Assembly: GCA_964230645.1 (NCBI GenBank)
Contig: CAXRHT010000003.1
Span: 384,001-448,000 of the forward strand
Length of the DNA stretch: 64,000 nucleotides
Direction of reading: 5' to 3'
DNA from: Bdellovibrionales bacterium
Lineage (GTDB): Bacteria; Bdellovibrionota; Bdellovibrionia; Bdellovibrionales; JAGQZY01
The first letter of the stretch is position 1, and the number at the start of each line of letters is the position of its first letter. The notes under the pieces are model-generated. The model saw nothing but the letters and a program-made list of their open reading frames with translations, searched no databases and was not told the origin of the DNA. This document shows positions 1 through 10,248 of this stretch, piece by piece. Made by a program: the position numbers and the translations under genes.

Positions 1-20
1 GAATTAGTAGATGAAATCAA

Positions 21-39
21 TAGTTGAATTAATCAACTA
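21..39. promoter_or_regulatory. Inverted repeat TAGTTGA-N5-TCAACTA upstream of bioB (candidate operator)
   Basis: Perfect 7-bp inverted repeat about 75 bp upstream of the likely bioB ATG; does not match the BirA operator pattern. Confidence 0.3.
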
Positions 40-112
40 AATGCACCTGAAACCCCTGAAATAACAGTGTTTTCCCTTGTTTTTTGGGCAATACCTTGGC
101 AGAACATTCGCC

Positions 113-1054
113 ATGAAACGCTACAATATATCCCAAGCTTTAGAAATTTATCAGAAACCTTTTATGGATTTGCTCAATGAGGCCCATCAAACCCATAGAG
201 CTCACCACAACCTCAACCACATTCAAAAGTGCACATTGCTTTCGATCAAGACGGGAGGGTGTCCCGAGAACTGTTCTTACTGTCCACAGTCGGCTCACTA
301 TAAAACCAATCTCAAGAATCAAGGCCTACTCGACTTAGAAGAAGTGCAAAAGTCGATTGATGCCGCTAAAGAACAAGGGGCCGAACGCTTTTGTATGGGA
401 GCGGCCTGGCGCGAAGTTCGTGATGGCAAACAATTTGACCAGGTTATTGAAATGGTCAAAAGAGTGAAAGACACCGGGATGGAAGCTTGTGTGACTCTCG
501 GTATGCTCACTTTTGACCAAGCTAAGCGATTAAAAGAGGCCGGCCTTGATGCTTACAATCACAATTTGGATACGGGCCGAGAGTACTACGAAAAAATCAT
601 TCAAACTCGAACTTATGATGATCGTATCAACACTATAAAAAATGTGAGCCAAGCTGGAATTCATGTCTGTAGTGGTGGAATTCTTGGGATGGGAGAAAGT
701 GACGAAGACCGCTGCTCTATGCTTGTTGATCTTGCCAATATGGAACCTCAACCAGAATCTGTACCGATCAATTTGTTGATTCCAGTCGAAGGCACTCCAT
801 TGGCTGATCAAATTGATGTGGACCCGCTGGAGTTAGTCCGAATGATCGCTACAGCAAGGATCATGATGCCTAAGGCTCGCATTCGACTCTCAGCAGGGCG
901 AAAAGATATGAGTCGTGAAACTCAAACCCTCGCCTATTTTGCTGGAGCAAGCTCCATCTTCTTAGGCGACAAACTTTTAACCCGCGACAATCCAGAAGTC
1001 TCAGCCGATGAAAAACTCTTCAGTGATTTGGGAATGCAAGCACACCCGCAATGA
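113..1054 (+). CDS. bioB: Biotin synthase (radical SAM)
   Basis: CPENCSYCPQS CxxxCxxC motif, YNHNLDT, VPINLL and RLSAGR motifs; ATG at 113 preferred over the TTG at 77. Confidence 0.97.
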   Translation: MKRYNISQALEIYQKPFMDLLNEAHQTHRAHHNLNHIQKCTLLSIKTGGCPENCSYCPQSAHYKTNLKNQGLLDLEEVQKSIDAAKEQGAERFCMGAAWREVRDGKQFDQVIEMVKRVKDTGMEACVTLGMLTFDQAKRLKEAGLDAYNHNLDTGREYYEKIIQTRTYDDRINTIKNVSQAGIHVCSGGILGMGESDEDRCSMLVDLANMEPQPESVPINLLIPVEGTPLADQIDVDPLELVRMIATARIMMPKARIRLSAGRKDMSRETQTLAYFAGASSIFLGDKLLTRDNPEVSADEKLFSDLGMQAHPQ

Positions 1055-2205
1055 TGATTGATTTTGAAAAATTCGTTTTTCAACAAACGCAAGAGCTTAA
1101 AGCTAAGGACTTACATAGGGAACTCAAAGCCCCCCAAGGGGTGGACTTCTGTTCCAATGACTATCTGGGTTTAAGCGAAAACAAAAAATTAAAATCTCTT
1201 TACCTAAAGAACTTAGAAGGACTTCCTATGGGAAGTACCGGCTCCAGGCTGTTACGTGGTAACTCGGATTCTTTTAATCGTTTGGAAAGCCGTTTGGCGC
1301 AATTTTCTGGACAAGAGGGAGCTCTTTATTTCTCCTCAGGTTATCAGGCCAATTTGGGTCTGTTTTCCTGTCTTTTAAAAAATCAAGCGGTGGTCTTTTC
1401 TGATGAGTCGATCCATGCTTCCATAATTGACGGCATAAGACTTTCAGGCTGTGAAAAATATATTTGGACTCACAATGATCTGGGTGAACTTGAGATGCTT
1501 CTCAGGCAAAAAGCTCAAGACGATAAACTTAATCTTGTTGTGGTCGAAAGTATTTACAGCATGCAAGGTGACTTTGCTCCACTCACAGAGCTTGTGAGCT
1601 TGTGCCAGAGGTACAATGCCTATCTGATCGTGGATGAGGCCCATGCCACTGGTTTATTTGGTAAAACCGGAGCGGGCCGAGTTGAAGAGCTGAATTTACC
1701 AAAAGAAGTTTTAGCCACCATTCACACGGCTGGTAAAGCCATGGGAGTGGCCGGAGCTTGGATAGCAGGATCTAAGAGTTTAATAGAGCTCTTAATAAAT
1801 CAGTGCCGACCCTTTATATACACTACGGCTCCGGCGTATTTTCAACAAGCGGCCATCAACGCTTCCCTTGAGTTTTTGGAGCAAGAGGGGGGCTCCCTTC
1901 GCGAGAATTTTTTTAAACAATTAGAAAAGTTTCAAACCTCTCTTTTTAAAATCGCTGAAGCTCACCAGTTAGAAGTCTCAGGAAGAGGTGGGCCGGTGAC
2001 CTCTCTTGTTTTAAAAGATAACAGCTTGGCTCTGAAAGTAATGAACACCATGGCTGAAAACGCCATGGATGTCAGGGCCATTCGTCCACCGACAGTGCCT
2101 GAGGGGCGCGCTCAGCTTCGCATCACTTTGCCTCTTTCCAGAAACCAAGAGGAGATCGATCGTTTTATAAACAAGCTCTCCGAAATCCTGGAGAAAAACC
2201 TATGA
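1051..2205 (+). CDS. bioF: 8-amino-7-oxononanoate synthase
   Basis: DFCSNDYLGL, GSRLL, HASIIDG, VDEAHA, TAGKAMG (PLP Lys), IRPPTVP; ATGA overlap with bioB. Confidence 0.95.
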   Translation: MMIDFEKFVFQQTQELKAKDLHRELKAPQGVDFCSNDYLGLSENKKLKSLYLKNLEGLPMGSTGSRLLRGNSDSFNRLESRLAQFSGQEGALYFSSGYQANLGLFSCLLKNQAVVFSDESIHASIIDGIRLSGCEKYIWTHNDLGELEMLLRQKAQDDKLNLVVVESIYSMQGDFAPLTELVSLCQRYNAYLIVDEAHATGLFGKTGAGRVEELNLPKEVLATIHTAGKAMGVAGAWIAGSKSLIELLINQCRPFIYTTAPAYFQQAAINASLEFLEQEGGSLRENFFKQLEKFQTSLFKIAEAHQLEVSGRGGPVTSLVLKDNSLALKVMNTMAENAMDVRAIRPPTVPEGRAQLRITLPLSRNQEEIDRFINKLSEILEKNL

Positions 2206-4148
2206 GGGGAGTTTTTGTTACTGGCACGGACACAGATATCGGCAAAACCTTCTTTTCGGCTTTTTTATCTTTTTATCTTTCGTTTGAAGAGAAGCTGACT
2301 TACTTCAAGCCGATTCAAGCGGGAGCTCCTTTAGATCAAGATTTCGTTAAATCAATTTGTGGCAACCGGATTGAGTATAGAAACTCTACCTACCTCTTAA
2401 AAAAACCGGCCTCACCTGATCGCTCCGCCTTCGAAGAAAATATTGAAATTGATTTATCAGAGATTGAAGAAGGCTTTAAACAGATCGAAACTCCTTTCAC
2501 TGTTGTAGAGGGGGCGGGGGGGCTTCTTGTTCCCTTAAATAAAGATCAAACGGTTGTTGATCTGGTACGAAAACTAGAGATACCGGCCATCGTAGTAACC
2601 TCCGGTCGTCTTGGCACCATCAATCATACCTTTCTGACGTTAAATGCGTTGAAGAACCAAGGGATTTCATGTCATGGGATCGTTATATGTGGAGAAGAGG
2701 ACCCAGAATTAGAAGCCTATTTCCAAGACAAATTGGATGTTCCCGTTTTGTTGAGACTGCCTCATTTCGAAGAAATCAGCCCCGAGGCCTTCACCAACTT
2801 TATTGAAAAGAATCACAGTAAGTTACAGACTTTAAAAACCACAATACTCGAAGACAAAAACCCCGCCGAAGATCACACTAAGCTTCAGGATAAAGACAAA
2901 AAATTTGTGTGGCATCCTTTTACTCAACACGGGATTGTTAAAGATCATCCGGTTGTTAGAAAGGGAGCAGGGTCCTATCTTTATTTTGATAAGCGAAAAG
3001 TGATTGATGGTATTTCCTCTTGGTGGGTTAATCTTTTTGGTCATTCTAATCCGGAACTGGCTCGGTCCATTAAGTCTCAAGTCGATGAGCTTGAGCATGT
3101 GATTTTCGCTGGTTTCACTCATAAGCCTGCCATTGAGCTCTCCGAAAAATTAGTGAATATGACTCGAGAATCGGGCGCTGAGCTAGATAAAGTTTTTTAC
3201 TCTGATAATGGTTCAACCTGCGTGGAAGTCGCTTTGAAAATGAGCTACCAATACTTTCAACAAAGTCCGACACCCAGTAAAAAACGCTTTCTAGCCTTAA
3301 ATGGCTCCTATCACGGTGATACCTTGGGAGCGATGTCGGTGGGGGAGAGAAAAGGTTTCAACGAAGTCTTCACCTCTCTTATGTTCGACGTTGATTTTGT
3401 GAATCCTTTTGATCTGGAAGAATTACGATCTTGTTTAGAGAAAAATGGAGAACAGTACGCCGGTGTCATTGTTGAGCCGATGATTCAAGGGGCGTCGGGA
3501 ATGAGGATGTATTCCTCAGAGGTCCTTGATTTAATTGAAGCCAAGAAAAGAGAGCTTGGGTATTTGGTGATTTGTGATGAAGTCTTTACCGGCTTTTATC
3601 GTACTGGGAAAATGTTTGCTTTTGAACACAGTGGGTTGCGGCCCGATTTCCTTTGTCTATCAAAAGGTTTAACCGGTGGATTTCTCCCACTGGCTGCCAC
3701 ATTAGTTTCCGATAGGATTTATGAAGCATTTTACAATGAGGACATGAGAAAAGCCTTTCTGCATGGACACTCCTACACGGCTAATCCAATGGCTTGCGCG
3801 GTGGCTAGTAAAACAATGGATCTTTTGAAAACAAAAGAAACTCAAGAGAAGATCGAACAAATTTCCCAGTGGACCCGTGATTGTTTGGCAAATTTAGAGG
3901 GAGTGTCGGGTGTCAGTAACGTAAGGCAGCTAGGAACTATTGGTGCTATGGAAATCAATGGAGAAGATCCCAATTATTTTAAAGGGGATTTTGCCTACCA
4001 AGTGATGAGAAAGTCCATTGATAGAGGAGTACTCCTGAGGCCCCTTGGTGGGACACTTTATGCTGTTCCTCCTTATTGTGTCACAAAATCAGAATTAGAA
4101 AAAATTTATGAGACGATGAAAGACCTTATAACAAAGGATTTACCATGA
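2202..4148 (+). CDS. bioDA: Fused dethiobiotin synthetase / DAPA aminotransferase (BioD-BioA)
   Basis: N-terminal TGTDTDIGKT P-loop, VEGAGG and GTINHT (BioD); C-terminal WHPFTQ, SSWWVN, YHGDT, CDEVFTG and LSKGLTGG (BioA) in one uninterrupted frame. Confidence 0.95.
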   Translation: MRGVFVTGTDTDIGKTFFSAFLSFYLSFEEKLTYFKPIQAGAPLDQDFVKSICGNRIEYRNSTYLLKKPASPDRSAFEENIEIDLSEIEEGFKQIETPFTVVEGAGGLLVPLNKDQTVVDLVRKLEIPAIVVTSGRLGTINHTFLTLNALKNQGISCHGIVICGEEDPELEAYFQDKLDVPVLLRLPHFEEISPEAFTNFIEKNHSKLQTLKTTILEDKNPAEDHTKLQDKDKKFVWHPFTQHGIVKDHPVVRKGAGSYLYFDKRKVIDGISSWWVNLFGHSNPELARSIKSQVDELEHVIFAGFTHKPAIELSEKLVNMTRESGAELDKVFYSDNGSTCVEVALKMSYQYFQQSPTPSKKRFLALNGSYHGDTLGAMSVGERKGFNEVFTSLMFDVDFVNPFDLEELRSCLEKNGEQYAGVIVEPMIQGASGMRMYSSEVLDLIEAKKRELGYLVICDEVFTGFYRTGKMFAFEHSGLRPDFLCLSKGLTGGFLPLAATLVSDRIYEAFYNEDMRKAFLHGHSYTANPMACAVASKTMDLLKTKETQEKIEQISQWTRDCLANLEGVSGVSNVRQLGTIGAMEINGEDPNYFKGDFAYQVMRKSIDRGVLLRPLGGTLYAVPPYCVTKSELEKIYETMKDLITKDLP

Positions 4149-4786
4149 TGTATTGGAAGCAAGTATTAAGCGAGTTGGTAAAACACAATGAGCTTCATGC
4201 GAAGTTCCTCAATACCATTAGCTTGATGGAATATATGGGAGCTCGAAAAATTGTAAAGAGTCAGTTGGAAAAGAATGTGGATTCGGAAGTATTAGCCCAT
4301 ATGACGGAAGAAATTCGACATGCCCAAATTTTTAAGAAAATGGCTCTCAAATTAAGTGATAAAAAGCTCAAGACTTATGATGATGAGTACCTGTTGGCCG
4401 GACCAGCGGGGAGAGCTTATATTCAATCTGTAGATCAGTCCATAAGTGCAGTGCTTCAAGGGCAAAACTCTTATTTGAATTATCTCCTTTCCACCCTTCT
4501 GATTGAAGAGAGAGCCAACGAAGTTTATCCCTTCTACGAGAAACTGCTCGAGCCTTTTGGATTTGGGACCTATATTCGAGGAATTCTTCGAGAAGAGGAG
4601 AACCATCTAGAGCAAATTAAAGACCTTCTAGAAAAATCTCCCAGTTTTTCGTCACAAAAGTTGGATGCGCTCCGAATAATAGAGAAGAAGGCCTTTGATT
4701 TCTTGATCAGCGAAGTGGGACTTGCCCTTGATATGCAAGAAGGCTCTCAGGCTGATACAATGGCTGAGACTCGAGTTCTCAATTGA
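4145..4786 (+). CDS. Ferritin-like diiron-carboxylate protein, last gene of the bio operon (candidate pimeloyl-generating oxygenase, BioE-like)
   Basis: E29...E56xxH59...E121...E151xxH154 ligand pattern; ATGA overlap with the bioDA stop. Confidence 0.7.
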   Translation: MMYWKQVLSELVKHNELHAKFLNTISLMEYMGARKIVKSQLEKNVDSEVLAHMTEEIRHAQIFKKMALKLSDKKLKTYDDEYLLAGPAGRAYIQSVDQSISAVLQGQNSYLNYLLSTLLIEERANEVYPFYEKLLEPFGFGTYIRGILREEENHLEQIKDLLEKSPSFSSQKLDALRIIEKKAFDFLISEVGLALDMQEGSQADTMAETRVLN

Positions 4787-4811
4787 AGGCTGGAGATTTA
4801 AGGAGTTTGAG

Positions 4812-5900
4812 ATGAAAAGTTGGATTGTTATTTTAGCCCTGTTTTGCTTCCCTTTTAGCCTTCAAGCTAAAGAGGAGAAAGCGACCTTTGCCGGTGGCTG
4901 TTTCTGGTGCATGGAGCCCCCCTTTGAAAAATTAAAAGGGGTGAAAACTGTGATTTCAGGCTATATGGGTGGCCACGTTAAACATCCAACCTATAAACAA
5001 GTTTCTAGTGGAAAATCAGGCCACCGCGAAGTGGTTCAAGTCACATACAATCCTGAGAAAGTAACTTATTTTGATCTTCTGCAAGTTTTCTGGAGAAATG
5101 TTAATCCAACGGATGCCGGTGGACAGTTTGTCGATCGAGGAGAGCAATACACCACAGCCATTTACTATCACACTCCAGAGCAGAAAAAGGTGGCGCAACA
5201 ATCCAAAGAATATATGGATAAAAACGGCCCCTTTAAAGAGAAAATAGTCACTCCCATTGTAAAAGCCAAGGATTTCTACGCGGCTGAACAATATCATCAA
5301 GATTACTACAAGAATAGTTTGATGAAATACAAGTATTATAGATACCGTTCCGGCCGCGACGACTACATCGAAGAAACTTGGGGCGACAAAAAGGAATACA
5401 AACCTGGTGATTTAAAGAGGTCAGACATGAAAGATTTAGCAAAGTATAAAAGACCATCCGATGAAAAGATTAAATCAATGCTCAATAAAATGCAGTACAA
5501 AGTGACCCAAAAAGAGGGGACTGAACCTCCGTTCAAAAATGAGTATTGGGATAATAAAAATGAAGGCATTTATGTGGATGTTGTCAGTGGTGAGCCCCTG
5601 TTTAGCTCCACTCACAAATATAAATCGGGTACCGGTTGGCCCTCTTTTTATAAACCTATTGATAAGGCATTTATCGTCGAAAAAGAGGACCGTAAACTGT
5701 TCAGCGTTCGAACAGAGATCCGCTCAAAGATTGGTGACTCCCATTTAGGTCATGTTTTTGATGATGGACCTGATCCCACTGGTTTACGTTACTGTATGAA
5801 TTCAGCCGCTCTTCGCTTTATACCCAAAGAAAAAATGCAAGAAGAGGGGTACGGAGAGTATCTCAAGCTTTTCGAAAAGCAGCCGGTAGCAACGAACTAA
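4812..5900 (+). CDS. msrAB: Exported bifunctional methionine sulfoxide reductase MsrA/MsrB
   Basis: GGCFWC (MsrA), HLGHVF and RYCMNS (MsrB); AGGAG RBS before ATG 4812; signal peptide ending SLQA. Confidence 0.95.
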   Translation: MKSWIVILALFCFPFSLQAKEEKATFAGGCFWCMEPPFEKLKGVKTVISGYMGGHVKHPTYKQVSSGKSGHREVVQVTYNPEKVTYFDLLQVFWRNVNPTDAGGQFVDRGEQYTTAIYYHTPEQKKVAQQSKEYMDKNGPFKEKIVTPIVKAKDFYAAEQYHQDYYKNSLMKYKYYRYRSGRDDYIEETWGDKKEYKPGDLKRSDMKDLAKYKRPSDEKIKSMLNKMQYKVTQKEGTEPPFKNEYWDNKNEGIYVDVVSGEPLFSSTHKYKSGTGWPSFYKPIDKAFIVEKEDRKLFSVRTEIRSKIGDSHLGHVFDDGPDPTGLRYCMNSAALRFIPKEKMQEEGYGEYLKLFEKQPVATN

Positions 5901-5979
5901 AAAGGGCAGTTCGCTCTCGGTTTGACAGAGCCAGGAACTTTCTACCAGACTCAGTTGTCCTCAAAACGACTAAATACTC

Positions 5980-6007
5980 TTGACTGTACGGCCAGGCCCA
6001 CTAAGTT
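5980..6007 (+). promoter_or_regulatory. Sigma70-type promoter TTGACT-N16-TAAGTT, 6 nt before the GTG start (probable leaderless transcript)
   Basis: Near-consensus -35 and -10 boxes and no Shine-Dalgarno before 6014. Confidence 0.5.
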
Positions 6008-6013
6008 AATGCG

Positions 6014-6811
6014 GTGACTTTACGAATTTTCTTATCCTCCATTGGAATCAGTTTTTTACTGTTCGTAGGCCTTGTTGTTTACTTTTTTGCCAGTCGAGAC
6101 ACTGAACCCGTTTCTTTTAGGAGCAGCGAGAATTCGGAACTCATCAAAGAGTTTCAAGAATCAAAAGTAAACTTCTCGCCACTTGCCACGAGCAAATACT
6201 CTTATGGTCTAAGCTCGGTTGCTACCAATCAGGGCGAACCGATAGATTGGTCCAAAGAAAACAAAGAGGTCAGTCAGTTTCTTCAGTTTTTGCAGAAAAC
6301 TGGTAAGAGGATACACCTTATTGTTGTACCAGGCTTTGTGCCGCCGACGGATGAGCCCATCCGACTCCATCGTTTCAATAAAGTGAGACTAAATATGGCG
6401 GTCAAAGAGATGAATCATAGCAAGACTGCGGTGGTTTTACTTTCAGGAGGTAACGTAAAGCCTGAAGGAACACCCTTCAATGAATCTATCGAGATGAAAA
6501 AGCGTCTAAAAGAGGTTCATGGGGTCCCTGAGTTTCGGATAGCCATCGATCCAAACGCACAGAATACAGTGACCAATTTTCGCAATGCCGGACGCTTTAT
6601 GTTGGCTCATGACATAGAAGAGGCTCGGGTGGTTACGACTTTTATCCAGAATTTTTACATCTCTTTTCCCGTGATGACTTTCTTTGAAACCCGTTCCCAG
6701 GATCTTCTTGGTTATGAAGTAGGAAATTTCTCCATGACGAGCCTAGGTACGAGCCAATTCAAACCCTCCCAGTCGGTCTTTGAAAAAGGCTCTGATCCTA
6801 AAGATCCTTAA
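6014..6811 (+). CDS. YdcF/DUF218 family membrane-anchored protein
   Basis: N-terminal TM; LSGGNV, NESIEM, AQNTVTN and VVTT motifs typical of DUF218. Confidence 0.75.
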   Translation: MTLRIFLSSIGISFLLFVGLVVYFFASRDTEPVSFRSSENSELIKEFQESKVNFSPLATSKYSYGLSSVATNQGEPIDWSKENKEVSQFLQFLQKTGKRIHLIVVPGFVPPTDEPIRLHRFNKVRLNMAVKEMNHSKTAVVLLSGGNVKPEGTPFNESIEMKKRLKEVHGVPEFRIAIDPNAQNTVTNFRNAGRFMLAHDIEEARVVTTFIQNFYISFPVMTFFETRSQDLLGYEVGNFSMTSLGTSQFKPSQSVFEKGSDPKDP

Positions 6812-6989
6812 ATCCAATTTGAAGGTATAGGGTCTATTCAGAATACACACCTGCTTTGGTTCAGTGCCCTGACCACGAGGTTTTCTAGGATTTTCACGAA
6901 AACTACATATAAACTTCCGTTCTCAAATGGCCTAATTTAGGTTAATTTAAGACTTTAAAGAGCAACTATAAATTCTTTTAAGGGCATCC

Positions 6990-9113
6990 ATGATTCGTCA
7001 GCTCATCAAACGCAATTTACTGAATAGCTATATGGCTTTATTCGTATTTCTCGGTCTGATTGGATTGTCCTATGTTTTTTTAAACAAGGTTAATCTAACT
7101 CCGCAAGTGGAGTCTGACTTTTTCTTTTCTGAAGACAGTCAAATTTATAAGAACGATGTCAGAATTTATAAAAAATTCCTTGTTGGTGATTCTATACTAC
7201 TAACCATACCCAATAAAGATATTACGACACCCGCTTATTTGCAGTTTATTGAGCGCCTCAGCCAACGGCTAAAAAAAGTAAAGGGTGTTAATTCCGTTCA
7301 GAGCATGACTCACGGACCAGAGGACATAAAAGCAGCCCTGCAAAACCCAATGTGGCGTCGTTATATAGATACTAAATCTCGTAAAAACTCTTTGATAATT
7401 TGTTGGATTGATATTGATCAAGTGAAAACAATTGTTCCTGAAATAAAATCGATCATTCGTCAAAAAGAGTTTAGCATTCGCAATGTCTATATTTCCGGAA
7501 TTCCATACATTATCGAAGAGATCCGCAGAATGCTGAGTGAAGATATGAAAACTTTTATGGTGGGAGCCGTTGCGATTAGCTCGGCTGTGCTACTGTGTAT
7601 TTTTCTCTCTTTTTTAGTGACGATTGGTGCTATGGTCGCCGCCTTAAGTGCCGCTGTTCTAACTTTGACCGTGCAGCATTTTTTGGGTGTGCCGGTAGGG
7701 ATTCTAACGGCCAATTTGGGTGCCATCGTTTATGTGTTAACAATTTCACATATTGTTTTTCTAACCTCTAATTGGCGCCAAGATCGTCATGAAGAAAAGA
7801 AACTCAGATTAGCATCCACTATAACCACCACTTTACCAGCCTCTTTCTGGGCTATGGCGACCACTGTCTTTGGCTTTGGAAGTCTGATTTTTGTTGAGGC
7901 GAAACCTCTTCAACAACTCGGAATGGGTGGGAGTCTGGGAACTCTTGCCGCATTTTTAGGGGCTTATCTCGTTTATCCCATATTTTTGTATTTCTCTAAA
8001 AGTGGCAAAAAGAAGTCGGAGGATAAGAAATCGAAATTCCCTCTCCCTCTTCCTCTGGGCTTTGCGGTGCCTCTCGCCCTTGTGATTGTCGGTGGGGCTG
8101 GATTTTTAATGTACAAAGGTCTTCCCACTCTAAACACCGATCCTTCACTTCTGACCTATTTCAAAGAATCTCAAGATGTTTATAAAGGAATTCGTACTGT
8201 CGACCGCTATGGTGGTAGTAACCCTCTAAATTTTGTGGTGAGCGATAGAGAGGGAAATAAATTAAAAAACGAAAAGAATTTCAAAAAAATGATGGATCTG
8301 CAAAAAGATTTGGAGTCCCATCCGGCGGTGGGCTCAGTGCTCTCTTTGGCGACTCTCATGGCCGAGAGTCAAACCAACTGGTTGGCGCGCCTTCTTCCAT
8401 GGGGAACGGTGTTGAGTGTTCTTTCTCGCTCTGAATACGATAAGGTGGCCCGGGGATTTGTGACAGAGGATAAAGCACAGGCTCTCTATATAGTCCGAAT
8501 GAAAGAAACGGGGCGAAAACTTGATCGTTACAAAATTGTGAATCATTTGATGGCCAAGCCTCGAAAACACAATCTACGATTAGATCTGGTCGGCGGAAGT
8601 TATTATTTACAAAGCGAATTGGCGCGGAAAATCCGTAATTCCATGAAAACTGGTGTGGCCGCACTTGTGGGCCTATTCGCTATCATCATTTTTCTCATTT
8701 CTCTTTCTTTTATAACCACCTTCAATGCCGCCCTAACCATCGCTGCTACCACTAGTTTGTTTTTGGGCACATTGGGATGGTTCAAGATCCCCGTGGATAT
8801 TATTTCCTCACCGGCTGTTAATATTATTTTAGGCTTAGCCGTTGATGGAATGATTCATATGATTTTAGCAGCAAAAAGAGCGTCGCGGGAGTCACGAATG
8901 GACAAGGCCGGCTGGAAAGCGGGTGTAAAAAGTCAGGGCCCTGCTATTATGATCTCTGGATTTGTAATTGCCTCAGGATTTAGCGTTTTCTACCTCTCAA
9001 GCTTTCCTCCGAGCCAGCGCTTTGGGCTAGGAATCGTTTTTGGCTCTATCGTGGCAATGCTTCTGACTCTGCTGGTATTTCCTCATCTCTGCCTTCTTTT
9101 TAAAAGAAAATAG
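6990..9113 (+). CDS. MMPL/RND family transporter
   Basis: Two repeats of TM, large soluble loop and multi-TM bundle; GLAVDGMIH and GFSVFYLSSFPP motifs. Confidence 0.85.
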   Translation: MIRQLIKRNLLNSYMALFVFLGLIGLSYVFLNKVNLTPQVESDFFFSEDSQIYKNDVRIYKKFLVGDSILLTIPNKDITTPAYLQFIERLSQRLKKVKGVNSVQSMTHGPEDIKAALQNPMWRRYIDTKSRKNSLIICWIDIDQVKTIVPEIKSIIRQKEFSIRNVYISGIPYIIEEIRRMLSEDMKTFMVGAVAISSAVLLCIFLSFLVTIGAMVAALSAAVLTLTVQHFLGVPVGILTANLGAIVYVLTISHIVFLTSNWRQDRHEEKKLRLASTITTTLPASFWAMATTVFGFGSLIFVEAKPLQQLGMGGSLGTLAAFLGAYLVYPIFLYFSKSGKKKSEDKKSKFPLPLPLGFAVPLALVIVGGAGFLMYKGLPTLNTDPSLLTYFKESQDVYKGIRTVDRYGGSNPLNFVVSDREGNKLKNEKNFKKMMDLQKDLESHPAVGSVLSLATLMAESQTNWLARLLPWGTVLSVLSRSEYDKVARGFVTEDKAQALYIVRMKETGRKLDRYKIVNHLMAKPRKHNLRLDLVGGSYYLQSELARKIRNSMKTGVAALVGLFAIIIFLISLSFITTFNAALTIAATTSLFLGTLGWFKIPVDIISSPAVNIILGLAVDGMIHMILAAKRASRESRMDKAGWKAGVKSQGPAIMISGFVIASGFSVFYLSSFPPSQRFGLGIVFGSIVAMLLTLLVFPHLCLLFKRK

Positions 9114-9160
9114 AAGCGAGCTGTTTGCTATCATATCAAAATTGTATTAGTTGATTTCTC

Positions 9161-10204
9161 ATGGATTTTGCAAAAACCTGCTACTTTACCATTGCCGTTT
9201 TTATGATCGTGCTCACCCTTCATGATGTGATTTTAACAGTTCTCAGTCATCAGGGAGCCGGTCCCATCACTAATTTTTGGACCAAGCGTGTGTGGAGAAT
9301 TGTGCGTTGGTTTAAAAATAGCTGCAATATCGACTTTTTCTATCGTTACGCTGGTCCCGCTTTTTTATTAGGAATCATCGCCGTTTGGTATGTTCTTTTG
9401 AATCTCAGCTGGTTAATACTTCTTTATGTGGGTGACTATACGGTTAAAGGACAAAAAGGGGAAACGGTCCTTGAATTAACGGACTACCTCTACTTTTTAT
9501 CCTCTACATTTACCACATTAGGCCTTGGAGACTATGTACCCACGGGTTTTCCGTGGACAATGGTTGTAACCTCGGGCGCATTGGTAATGTCATTTTTAAC
9601 CACCCTCTCTATTTCTTATATAATCCCGATCGTTTCTGCCGTAGTCGATCGACGCAAAATGATCAGTGCTATTGATATCATAGGAACGACTCCAAAAGAT
9701 ATTATCGCTATGTGCTGGGAGGGAGAGCGTGCCGGCGCTTTGGACTCTGAAATATTGGGGATGTCTGACAGTATCATTAGGGAGTCTTACCGTTCCCATG
9801 TTTATCCTATTTTAAGTTATTTTAATTTTGGTGACTCGCACAGCACCCTCAACGTGGCCATGCTTAATCTTCATGACGCCATTGCTGTTCAAGATTTAAA
9901 AGAAATAGAAAAACAAGACTTAGACCGACCGAAGGTGATTTACCTTCTAAGAGCCTTTGATCTCTATATTCAAAACTTGCGCTATAAGCTCTCTGAAGAA
10001 CCTGATTTTAAATGCAGTCATCAGGATTTTATTCGGCTTCTAGAGGAGATCATTGGTAAAGAAGCCCTAAGGGGCAAAAAAGAAGAGATCGATCAGCATC
10101 TTAAACGCCGAGAAGAACTGCTGAAATTGGTCTATATGGAAGGTCGCATTGGAGTCAGTGGCGAGGGTGAGCTCAGACACCCTTACTACCTAAATTTGGT
10201 CTAG
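9161..10204 (+). CDS. Potassium-channel family protein (Ion_trans_2-like pore)
   Basis: YFLSSTFTTLGLGDYVP pore helix and filter flanked by TM helices. Confidence 0.75.
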   Translation: MDFAKTCYFTIAVFMIVLTLHDVILTVLSHQGAGPITNFWTKRVWRIVRWFKNSCNIDFFYRYAGPAFLLGIIAVWYVLLNLSWLILLYVGDYTVKGQKGETVLELTDYLYFLSSTFTTLGLGDYVPTGFPWTMVVTSGALVMSFLTTLSISYIIPIVSAVVDRRKMISAIDIIGTTPKDIIAMCWEGERAGALDSEILGMSDSIIRESYRSHVYPILSYFNFGDSHSTLNVAMLNLHDAIAVQDLKEIEKQDLDRPKVIYLLRAFDLYIQNLRYKLSEEPDFKCSHQDFIRLLEEIIGKEALRGKKEEIDQHLKRREELLKLVYMEGRIGVSGEGELRHPYYLNLV

Positions 10205-10248
10205 CAAAGGGAGCTCACCTATTTAATGTGAACCCCTTTTCATTCTTT

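Noticed and set aside
2811..2888. Short repeated peptide (NHSKLQ / DHTKLQ) at the BioD-BioA junction as a fusion scar
   Set aside because: Too short and diverged to distinguish from chance
4722..4811. N-terminal extensions given by the ORF track (msrAB, also exbD, menF, menH, M13, lexA)
   Set aside because: Downstream starts fit better on RBS, signal peptide, promoter spacing or stop/start coupling
9490..9545. TLGLGD filter as a novel channel selectivity
   Set aside because: Non-GYG filters are common in this bacterial channel-like family
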